8,169 nt of DNA, from NCBI GenBank assembly GCA_000004985.1, contig GG739085.1; one strand, given 5' to 3'. This document shows, piece by piece, positions 1 to 7,496 of the stretch. The translations under genes were made by a program, and so were the position numbers. The notes under the pieces are model-generated. The model was not told where the DNA came from. It saw nothing but the letters and a program-made list of their open reading frames with translations, and ran no database searches. Each line of letters starts with the position of its first letter. Position 1 is the first letter of the stretch. Source of the stretch: Naegleria gruberi. Its lineage: Eukaryota.

Positions 1-1
1 T

Positions 2-772
2 GCTGGAGTGGTTGCCTATGCCATTACTGATTATTCNAGTTCATTCTTCTCCTCTGCTGTTTTCATGTTGTGTTTGGTTGTAATTTTTGTTTGCGTAATT
101 ATTGGACTTTTCATTTATGGATTTAAAATTTATTGGAATTTGAGAAAGGTTTCGAGAATTAATTTTTTCCAATTCAGATTTACTAGATTTTTGGTGGCTT
201 CTTCATTCTTTGTAATATTTCCAGCATTTTACATGGTTTTTGATATTGCCACAAGTATTTATCAGAGTGAGAGTGGTCTGTATCCAAGTAATCGATTCTA
301 TTACTTGTATTCTCCATTTATTACAAGTATTTTCCTTCTAGCTTATGGATCTTCATTGATTTATGTTTTGTTTCCATCAATGAAATTATTAATGGAAAGT
401 TACCGATTGTTTGTGTATTGTACATTGTGTTGTTGTGGAAAATCACCAAGAGTTAAGGCATTTATGAAGAAACATCAAGAATATAGAGATGAATATGAAG
501 GTTCTTGGGATAATTTGTCTGAAAATGGAAGTGTACAAGTTGGAAGATTACCTTATTTAGTAACTAAGAGTCAAAAATCCTTAAAATCAGTCGAAGGAAC
601 AACATTTGACGATCTGAGCATTAATTTGAATCATTCCAGTATTACAATTAATGGAGAAAATTTACAAAATTTGGATGCCATTCCAGTAGATGATTCAATT
701 TATTATGAAAATCAAATTGATTCATCTCCAAAAACTGAAAAACAAAAAGAACTTTCACAACCACTTCTCTAA
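2..772 (+). CDS. multi-pass (7TM-like) membrane protein, C-terminal portion; 5' end is outside the window
   Basis: The frame is open from the window edge and ends at TAA 770-772. Three strongly hydrophobic ~22-28 aa segments (SAVFMLCLVVIFVCVIIGLFIYGF; FLVASSFFVIFPAFYMVFDIATSIY; YYLYSPFITSIFLLAYGSSLIYVLF) are separated by short loops. A Cys cluster (CTLCCCGKS) follows the last helix, consistent with a palmitoylation-type site. The ~120 aa hydrophilic tail is rich in Ser/Asn/Asp/Glu. Base 37 is an ambiguous N (one X in the protein). Family assignment (GPCR-like versus microbial-rhodopsin/Hsp30-like 7TM) is not resolved. Confidence 0.6.
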   Translation, partial: AGVVAYAITDYXSSFFSSAVFMLCLVVIFVCVIIGLFIYGFKIYWNLRKVSRINFFQFRFTRFLVASSFFVIFPAFYMVFDIATSIYQSESGLYPSNRFYYLYSPFITSIFLLAYGSSLIYVLFPSMKLLMESYRLFVYCTLCCCGKSPRVKAFMKKHQEYRDEYEGSWDNLSENGSVQVGRLPYLVTKSQKSLKSVEGTTFDDLSINLNHSSITINGENLQNLDAIPVDDSIYYENQIDSSPKTEKQKELSQPLL

Positions 773-774
773 TA

Positions 775-790
775 GACTTCCGGAAAAGTC
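775..790. repeat. left terminal inverted repeat GACTTCCGGAAAAGTC (contains the 8-bp palindrome TTCCGGAA)
   Basis: Direct reading. Its reverse complement GACTTTTCCGGAAGTC matches 1611-1626 apart from one extra T. Confidence 0.5.
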
Positions 791-800
791 AAAAAGAAAT

Positions 801-816
801 AAAAAGGCGCCTTTTT
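801..816. repeat. perfect 16-bp palindrome AAAAAGGCGCCTTTTT (left subterminal motif)
   Basis: Self-complementary on direct reading. The same GGCGCC core with a T-run recurs at 1554-1565 near the other end. Confidence 0.6.
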
Positions 817-998
817 AAAAAAGTGGTTTGAAAAATGTTTGAGCAATTTTTGAAATTTGTTTGAGCATAATTCAAGAAATGTTTAAACCTTTCCTGCACA
901 TTTATTGAAGCTTTCTTTTTCCTGATGTCAACCTTTTCTTTACTGCATTTGCTGAAGTTGAAAGGTTCCCTAATCTTGCTGATTCTATTGTTGATGGA

Positions 999-1310
999 AT
1001 GGAAGATGTTGAGGAAGTGGAAGAAAATCTTAATGAAACACCATATTCTGAATTAAGCATGAAACAGGAACAAGAAAAAAGTGTGAAACAAGAAAAAATC
1101 CAGAAGAGGAAGAGATCTGATTTGAACATCACTCCACCCAGAAAGAGAAAAAACCTGAACCTTATCAAAAAGAAAACAATCATCATGCCAAGAAAAGTTG
1201 AGGAGCCCAAAAGACCAGAGCTTTCGAAAGATTTCGTGATTGATGTAAAAAAATCCATCAAAACTACAGTGACCCGAGATGGTGACATTCAAAAACCTTG
1301 GATCTCTTAA
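999..1310 (+). CDS. small hypothetical protein (103 aa), acidic N-terminus and Lys/Arg-rich remainder with NLS-like KRKR and PPRKRKN motifs; lies inside the TIR-bounded element
   Basis: ATG at 999 in GGAATGG context, TAA at 1308-1310. The + strand is strongly purine-rich (GAA/AAG codons), consistent with the sense strand. There are no TM segments and the protein is low-complexity and charged. The frame is actually open back to 909 without another ATG. The antisense ORFs 902-1288 and 1053-1292 are low-complexity shadows. Small size and composition mean it could be spurious. Confidence 0.3.
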   Translation: MEDVEEVEENLNETPYSELSMKQEQEKSVKQEKIQKRKRSDLNITPPRKRKNLNLIKKKTIIMPRKVEEPKRPELSKDFVIDVKKSIKTTVTRDGDIQKPWIS

Positions 1311-1531
1311 GGAATTGGTGGATTTTTTGGAAAAGGATATAGTTAAGAAAGAGAGTGAGTTCAGAAGTTTGAGGGCCCTTGGGGTTTTTTCAGCAAATAC
1401 TTGAGCGTTTTGAGAATTTGGTTGAGAAATAATTAATCATTCTTGAGGAATTGTTTGAAAACAGTTTGAAAGTTGCTCAAGATTTTCTTGAACAAACTTT
1501 GGATGTGTTTCAAGTAGTTTTTAGGTAAAAA

Positions 1532-1565
1532 AGGCACCTTTTAGGCACCTTTTAGGCGCCTTTTT
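1532..1565. repeat. three tandem ~11-bp units AGGCACCTTTT / AGGCACCTTTT / AGGCGCCTTTTT (right subterminal repeats)
   Basis: Direct reading of 1532-1542, 1543-1553 and 1554-1565. The arrangement resembles reiterated binding-site motifs at transposon ends. Confidence 0.55.
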
Positions 1566-1590
1566 GCAAATTAGCGTGAAAGTACCTTAA

Positions 1591-1604
1591 AAAAGTCGAC
1601 TTTT
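1591..1604. repeat. perfect 14-bp palindrome AAAAGTCGACTTTT
   Basis: Self-complementary. It reiterates the AAAAGTC / GACTTTT half-sites of the element termini. Confidence 0.55.
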
Positions 1605-1610
1605 AGCAAA

Positions 1611-1626
1611 ACTTTTTCCGGAAGTC
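1611..1626. repeat. right terminal inverted repeat ACTTTTTCCGGAAGTC
   Basis: Direct reading. Pairs with 775-790 in inverted orientation. It is the second TTCCGGAA in the window, whereas about 0.1 occurrences are expected by chance. Confidence 0.5.
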
Positions 1627-1725
1627 TAATATTTAACAATATTTAAATACTAATTTGTAAACCACGTACTAATACACTCTAATATTATTACATTCAACCA
1701 TGTTCCGATTTCTTCTATCAAAAAA

Positions 1726-2463
1726 ATGTCTCTCGATCAAACTTCATCTCCACCACCTCCAGAATCCAACAATTTACTCTCCTGTTGTTCCTTCAATGTT
1801 CATCACTTCTCCACTGCATACGGAAGGAGTAACCTCACCGAATTATACAAATATTTGCATAAAAACAATTTCGACATTGTCTGCCTGAATGAAGTTTATG
1901 AAGATAGCGAGTATTCTCATCCTCTGAGAGATTTGGTTTATGCATTGAATTCATCATTACCTGAGGAGGTGGAAGTGGCTCGGCCCTATCAATATCGGTC
2001 TGGACCCACTAATTATGAGTCGAATATTATTCTGAGTAAATATCCAATTCTATTTCAGGAAAAGAAAGATGTTGGAAGAGGTGAAAGATCAGTACTTGGT
2101 ATTAAAATTGATCATCCATTGGTGAGGAATGTATTTGTGACTCATTTGGATCATGTGAGTGAAAATAAGAGAGTGTTACAATTGAAGAGAGTCTTGTCTT
2201 TTATGAAACACTTTATTGATAGGAAATTGGTGGATTATCCAAACGATGAGAATAAGAATTTCATTCTTCTTGGAGATTTTAATTCAATGAGAATGGATGA
2301 TTATACGGATAAGTTTTGGGATTATCTCATTAAGCAGAGAATTCAATATGGTTGGGAAGCTCCAGATACCCAAGTTACCTCCCTATTATTTAATGAACCA
2401 ACACCAGAAAGTCACTCCACAGAAGAAGCTGACGAACCTAAACTAAAAATGCCACTCGGGATG
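1726..2463 (+). CDS. endonuclease/exonuclease/phosphatase (EEP, DNase I-like superfamily) domain protein; 3' end lost in the assembly gap
   Basis: It is the first ATG after an in-frame TAA at 1651, in the context AAAAAAATGTCT, which matches the yeast consensus. EEP signature blocks appear in the correct order: CSFNVHHF (metal-binding Asn), DIVCLNEV (catalytic Glu), SNIILSKYPI, VFVTHLDH and ILLGDFNS. The C-terminal motifs (RIDY-like and SDH) are not visible and are presumably within the N run. Confidence 0.75.
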
Positions 2464-2779
2464 NNNNNNNNNNNNNNNNNNNNNNNNNNNNNNNNNNNNN
2501 NNNNNNNNNNNNNNNNNNNNNNNNNNNNNNNNNNNNNNNNNNNNNNNNNNNNNNNNNNNNNNNNNNNNNNNNNNNNNNNNNNNNNNNNNNNNNNNNNNNN
2601 NNNNNNNNNNNNNNNNNNNNNNNNNNNNNNNNNNNNNNNNNNNNNNNNNNNNNNNNNNNNNNNNNNNNNNNNNNNNNNNNNNNNNNNNNNNNNNNNNNNN
2701 NNNNNNNNNNNNNNNNNNNNNNNNNNNNNNNNNNNNNNNNNNNNNNNNNNNNNNNNNNNNNNNNNNNNNNNNNNNNNNN
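2464..2779. other. assembly gap (316 N)
   Basis: Run of n; the size is probably an estimate, so reading frame across it is not meaningful. Confidence 0.99.
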
Positions 2780-3523
2780 GATTCTGATTTTAAAAGATAT
2801 TTGGGATTGGGAGGTTTTGTTAGAGTGAGCATGTTTAAACCATGTGAATTGTTACAGATATTGATGAGAAATTTACACATCAAGGAGTGTGAGAAAATTC
2901 ACAAAGTGCCATTCCACAAGTATTTACTCATTTCTTCTCTATTTCCAGTATTGGATTGTCATGGGATTCAAATCAGAATGGATGGTGAATGGAATCAAGC
3001 TTATTCCAATTCTAATAATTGTAATAGTGAAATTGAAAATGAAATTGCAGAGCTAAAAGTTTCACCTGGAAAATTACTCCTCTGGATGTGTAATCGTCCA
3101 GTGCATCCAAATGATGAATTGGAGGGATCTAGCGATGAGGAGGAAATTTACATAGATGGAGAGTATGAGAGTAGTAGCAGTGATGATGAGGAATATGCCT
3201 ATGTGGAGACTATCGAGAATATCAAATATAATCCTCCATGTGAAATATCTTTCAAACTAAAAGATGCTAAATGGAATCCATATGGAGAGAAATCATTGAA
3301 ATACCACTTGATTTCCAATAAGCCACATGAGGAAAGAGTGGAAGATTACAAAATGTGTGACATTTTTACATTTTGCTCAAGACCTCCAAGTAGTAACTAT
3401 GTTAGGAAGGGTCATGAAAAGAATTTTGAATTGGCTGTCAAGAAATTGAGAAGTAACTTGTTCAATAACTTTGAGAATATCTATACTCTCGATTGGTCTG
3501 GTACTATTTCAAGAAATAGGTAA
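2780..3523 (+). CDS. hypothetical protein with an acidic Ser/Asp/Glu cluster; the frame is open from the gap edge, so this is either the C-terminal part of the EEP gene or a separate gene starting at ATG 2831
   Basis: There is no stop between the gap edge (2780) and TAA 3521-3523. The TTG start at 2801 in the ORF track is only an ORF-caller convention. The protein contains DELEGSSDEEEIYIDGEYESSSSDDEEYAYVE (about 3111-3210), a textbook acidophilic-kinase (CK2-type) phosphorylation cluster, and codon usage is consistent with the neighbouring genes. No recognisable catalytic domain is present. VLDCHGIQI only weakly resembles the EEP SDH motif. Confidence 0.5.
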   Translation, partial: DSDFKRYLGLGGFVRVSMFKPCELLQILMRNLHIKECEKIHKVPFHKYLLISSLFPVLDCHGIQIRMDGEWNQAYSNSNNCNSEIENEIAELKVSPGKLLLWMCNRPVHPNDELEGSSDEEEIYIDGEYESSSSDDEEYAYVETIENIKYNPPCEISFKLKDAKWNPYGEKSLKYHLISNKPHEERVEDYKMCDIFTFCSRPPSSNYVRKGHEKNFELAVKKLRSNLFNNFENIYTLDWSGTISRNR

Positions 3524-3962
3524 GTTGCATTGTATTATTTCAATGTCATACAAAGTACATTTCTAATATATTTTGGAATGTTTTGGAATAGATGCTGGAG
3601 TATCTTTTGGCAAAAAGGATTGGAATGGTGGGGTTGTTTTGCCTTTACCTTATACAATATTGAAAAGGGTGTATTCATTGTTACTCTTGCATCAGAATCT
3701 GACTAAGTTTTCAATTCAATTTGGATCTATTATTTCCAACCTTGCCAAGTTCATTCCCATCTCAGATTTGATATTCTTATTTAAGGAAACCATCTACGGA
3801 CGGTATTATCTCAACAAGCATTTGCATCTCTCATATTCGAAATTTGTATTCAAATGTAAATCTTACTCAACCCAATTTACAATCATTCCATTCAAATATA
3901 ATTCCATTCCTTCCAATATTAACTCTCCACTAGTGCTAGTATTGAACTTGCTCCAACGACTA

Positions 3963-3974
3963 TCTGATATCAGA
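3963..3974. repeat. perfect 12-bp palindrome TCTGATATCAGA in non-coding sequence
   Basis: Self-complementary on direct reading. It lies in the ~530-bp non-coding stretch between the 2780-3523 gene and the large gap. Confidence 0.6.
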
Positions 3975-4056
3975 CGATTCTACGTATGTGTTGACTTGAT
4001 TAAAAGAGCAGTCGTCAACCATCATATGATACATGAACAGTAGACTCACCAACATC

Positions 4057-6342
4057 NNNNNNNNNNNNNNNNNNNNNNNNNNNNNNNNNNNNNNNNNNNN
4101 NNNNNNNNNNNNNNNNNNNNNNNNNNNNNNNNNNNNNNNNNNNNNNNNNNNNNNNNNNNNNNNNNNNNNNNNNNNNNNNNNNNNNNNNNNNNNNNNNNNN
4201 NNNNNNNNNNNNNNNNNNNNNNNNNNNNNNNNNNNNNNNNNNNNNNNNNNNNNNNNNNNNNNNNNNNNNNNNNNNNNNNNNNNNNNNNNNNNNNNNNNNN
4301 NNNNNNNNNNNNNNNNNNNNNNNNNNNNNNNNNNNNNNNNNNNNNNNNNNNNNNNNNNNNNNNNNNNNNNNNNNNNNNNNNNNNNNNNNNNNNNNNNNNN
4401 NNNNNNNNNNNNNNNNNNNNNNNNNNNNNNNNNNNNNNNNNNNNNNNNNNNNNNNNNNNNNNNNNNNNNNNNNNNNNNNNNNNNNNNNNNNNNNNNNNNN
4501 NNNNNNNNNNNNNNNNNNNNNNNNNNNNNNNNNNNNNNNNNNNNNNNNNNNNNNNNNNNNNNNNNNNNNNNNNNNNNNNNNNNNNNNNNNNNNNNNNNNN
4601 NNNNNNNNNNNNNNNNNNNNNNNNNNNNNNNNNNNNNNNNNNNNNNNNNNNNNNNNNNNNNNNNNNNNNNNNNNNNNNNNNNNNNNNNNNNNNNNNNNNN
4701 NNNNNNNNNNNNNNNNNNNNNNNNNNNNNNNNNNNNNNNNNNNNNNNNNNNNNNNNNNNNNNNNNNNNNNNNNNNNNNNNNNNNNNNNNNNNNNNNNNNN
4801 NNNNNNNNNNNNNNNNNNNNNNNNNNNNNNNNNNNNNNNNNNNNNNNNNNNNNNNNNNNNNNNNNNNNNNNNNNNNNNNNNNNNNNNNNNNNNNNNNNNN
4901 NNNNNNNNNNNNNNNNNNNNNNNNNNNNNNNNNNNNNNNNNNNNNNNNNNNNNNNNNNNNNNNNNNNNNNNNNNNNNNNNNNNNNNNNNNNNNNNNNNNN
5001 NNNNNNNNNNNNNNNNNNNNNNNNNNNNNNNNNNNNNNNNNNNNNNNNNNNNNNNNNNNNNNNNNNNNNNNNNNNNNNNNNNNNNNNNNNNNNNNNNNNN
5101 NNNNNNNNNNNNNNNNNNNNNNNNNNNNNNNNNNNNNNNNNNNNNNNNNNNNNNNNNNNNNNNNNNNNNNNNNNNNNNNNNNNNNNNNNNNNNNNNNNNN
5201 NNNNNNNNNNNNNNNNNNNNNNNNNNNNNNNNNNNNNNNNNNNNNNNNNNNNNNNNNNNNNNNNNNNNNNNNNNNNNNNNNNNNNNNNNNNNNNNNNNNN
5301 NNNNNNNNNNNNNNNNNNNNNNNNNNNNNNNNNNNNNNNNNNNNNNNNNNNNNNNNNNNNNNNNNNNNNNNNNNNNNNNNNNNNNNNNNNNNNNNNNNNN
5401 NNNNNNNNNNNNNNNNNNNNNNNNNNNNNNNNNNNNNNNNNNNNNNNNNNNNNNNNNNNNNNNNNNNNNNNNNNNNNNNNNNNNNNNNNNNNNNNNNNNN
5501 NNNNNNNNNNNNNNNNNNNNNNNNNNNNNNNNNNNNNNNNNNNNNNNNNNNNNNNNNNNNNNNNNNNNNNNNNNNNNNNNNNNNNNNNNNNNNNNNNNNN
5601 NNNNNNNNNNNNNNNNNNNNNNNNNNNNNNNNNNNNNNNNNNNNNNNNNNNNNNNNNNNNNNNNNNNNNNNNNNNNNNNNNNNNNNNNNNNNNNNNNNNN
5701 NNNNNNNNNNNNNNNNNNNNNNNNNNNNNNNNNNNNNNNNNNNNNNNNNNNNNNNNNNNNNNNNNNNNNNNNNNNNNNNNNNNNNNNNNNNNNNNNNNNN
5801 NNNNNNNNNNNNNNNNNNNNNNNNNNNNNNNNNNNNNNNNNNNNNNNNNNNNNNNNNNNNNNNNNNNNNNNNNNNNNNNNNNNNNNNNNNNNNNNNNNNN
5901 NNNNNNNNNNNNNNNNNNNNNNNNNNNNNNNNNNNNNNNNNNNNNNNNNNNNNNNNNNNNNNNNNNNNNNNNNNNNNNNNNNNNNNNNNNNNNNNNNNNN
6001 NNNNNNNNNNNNNNNNNNNNNNNNNNNNNNNNNNNNNNNNNNNNNNNNNNNNNNNNNNNNNNNNNNNNNNNNNNNNNNNNNNNNNNNNNNNNNNNNNNNN
6101 NNNNNNNNNNNNNNNNNNNNNNNNNNNNNNNNNNNNNNNNNNNNNNNNNNNNNNNNNNNNNNNNNNNNNNNNNNNNNNNNNNNNNNNNNNNNNNNNNNNN
6201 NNNNNNNNNNNNNNNNNNNNNNNNNNNNNNNNNNNNNNNNNNNNNNNNNNNNNNNNNNNNNNNNNNNNNNNNNNNNNNNNNNNNNNNNNNNNNNNNNNNN
6301 NNNNNNNNNNNNNNNNNNNNNNNNNNNNNNNNNNNNNNNNNN
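4057..6342. other. assembly gap (2286 N)
   Basis: Run of n. ORF-track entries 4015-6366(-) and 4033-6375(+) are translations of N and are not genes. Confidence 0.99.
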
Positions 6343-7018
6343 ATCCTCCTTAAAGACTGTACTCATGTTAGCTGACCAAATGATTCAACGAGTTGAATTT
6401 ACACACCGTAGGAATTTTGTCCATCGTGATATTAAACCAGATAACTTTTTAATGGGAAGAAAACCATCATCTAGCGGACAAGTTTCTTCATCCACCAGCA
6501 CGACAGCAAATGGAAACTTGTCAAGTGATAACACTGTGTATATGATAGACTTTGGATTATCTAAAATGTACATTAGCGATAAAGGACACATTCCTTTAAG
6601 GAAAGATAAACACCTCACAGGTACTGCTCGTTATGCTAGTTTGAATAATCACAAAGGATATGAACAATCAAGAAGAGACGATTTGGAATCACTGGGATAT
6701 GTATTATTGTATTTCCTCCGAGGAACACTTCCATGGCAAGGTTTGACAGGAAAGACTAAAGAAGATCACTATAACAATATTTATAACAAGAAGAAGAATA
6801 TCAAGGTTGTTTCTCTTTGTAAGGGTTTACCTATTGAGTTTGCTACTTATTTGAATTATACCAGAGGTTTGAAGTTTTTCCAAGAACCTGACTATTTGTA
6901 TCTGAGGAATTTATTCCTTAATTTATTCGTGAGAGAAAGATACTCATTGGATTATGAATGGGATTGGATAGTTCAAGAACGAAAGCAACGCACGGAACAA
7001 CAATCACAACAAAGATAA
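6343..7018 (+). CDS. casein kinase I (CK1) family Ser/Thr protein kinase, C-terminal ~225 aa; the N-terminal lobe is inside the gap
   Basis: The frame is open from the gap edge ([19 protein letters not shown]) and ends at TAA 7016-7018. Diagnostic CK1 motifs are present: [12 protein letters not shown] (catalytic loop), [64 protein letters not shown] and [10 protein letters not shown]. It aligns block by block with human CK1 delta/epsilon and yeast Hrr25/Yck kinases. Confidence 0.92.
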
Positions 7019-7478
7019 TTGAATAATGCTATGGCTGTAAATATAGTTCTTAATGCGCGTTATATTCTCCATGACAATCAAACCCCTAAATCCCTTCCTT
7101 TCTCCCCTTTACCACCTTATTGTAATATCAATATAACTCACTTTGTGTTTTGTATTTTATTGTAAAATTAATAAGCTAATTGCTTTCTACAGTTCAAGTT
7201 GACTGAATCAATTTTGTTTGGTGAGATTGACATGTAATCTTCCAAACGAATCAACCTTTTGACATGTTTAGTTTATCATCTCGGATTGGATGGAGAACAT
7301 TTCTTCCTGCTTCTCCGTTGGATTTTTATAGTATCTCATGCTTTGACTTTGTAAAATTAAGCGCAAAACTAATTTGTCCTTAGATTACCAAGATATTCGT
7401 TCTCAATCTAGAAAAAGTTGGTGCGAAAGGATTCGTGAACTTCTAATATTTTTCACAAGAATTAGTACAACTATTAAT

Positions 7479-7496
7479 ATGTAAATGTAAATGTAA
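7479..7496. repeat. microsatellite (ATGTAA)x3 followed by (ACAATT)x2
   Basis: Direct reading of 7479-7510 within the intergenic region. Confidence 0.7.

Larger units (their letters stand above)
775..1626. mobile_element. putative non-autonomous TIR DNA-transposon-like insertion (~852 bp) with a flanking 5-bp direct repeat TAATA (alternatively AAT, 3 bp)
   Basis: The left terminus is GACTTCCGGAAAAGTC (775-790). The right terminus is ACTTTTTCCGGAAGTC (1611-1626). The reverse complement of the left end matches the right end with one T-run indel. TAATA lies immediately outside both ends (770-774 and 1627-1631). Both ends carry inward-facing subterminal GC-core palindromes flanked by A/T runs: AAAAAGGCGCCTTTTT at 801-816 on the left, and three tandem AGGCRCCTTTT units at 1532-1565 plus AAAAGTCGACTTTT at 1591-1604 on the right. 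The interior holds one small ORF. The element sits 2 nt after the stop codon of the upstream gene. Confidence 0.45.

Noticed and set aside
902-1292. Minus-strand ORFs 902-1288 and 1053-1292 overlapping the small K/E-rich ORF
   Set aside because: They are the antisense of purine-rich low-complexity sequence, which reads as F/L/S-rich pyrimidine codons. These are typical shadow ORFs.
1532-1565. TTAGGC motifs (the nematode telomere repeat unit) in TTTTAGGCACCTTTTAGGCGCC, and CCCTAAA (the plant-type telomere complement) at 7084-7090
   Set aside because: These are isolated units embedded in other repeats, not tandem telomeric arrays. The first is better explained as the subterminal repeat of the TIR element.
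778-1623. TTCCGGAA / CCGGAAGT read as ETS- or STAT-like or heat-shock-element-like (TTCnnGAA) transcription-factor sites, rather than transposon termini
   Set aside because: ETS and STAT factors are absent from fungi. A single TTCnnGAA unit is below the three-unit HSE requirement. The inverted pairing of two copies 850 bp apart, with flanking direct repeats and subterminal repeats, fits a mobile-element interpretation better. A Zn2Cys6-type CGG-palindrome site remains an untested alternative.
1700-1888. 62-aa + strand ORF overlapping the EEP start
   Set aside because: It sits in a different frame over the well-supported EEP CDS, which has strong Kozak context and domain motifs.
3573-4043. 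156-aa + strand ORF
   Set aside because: No start context, domain-like pattern or compositional match to the neighbouring genes. It lies in AT-rich non-coding sequence and is more likely a chance ORF.
4015-6375. Two ~780-aa ORFs (4015-6366 minus strand, 4033-6375 plus strand) in the ORF track
   Set aside because: They consist almost entirely of X from translating the 2286-nt N gap. Only about 10 real residues sit at each edge, so they are artefacts.
6385-6618. 77-aa minus-strand ORF
   Set aside because: It lies antisense within the conserved CK1 catalytic region.
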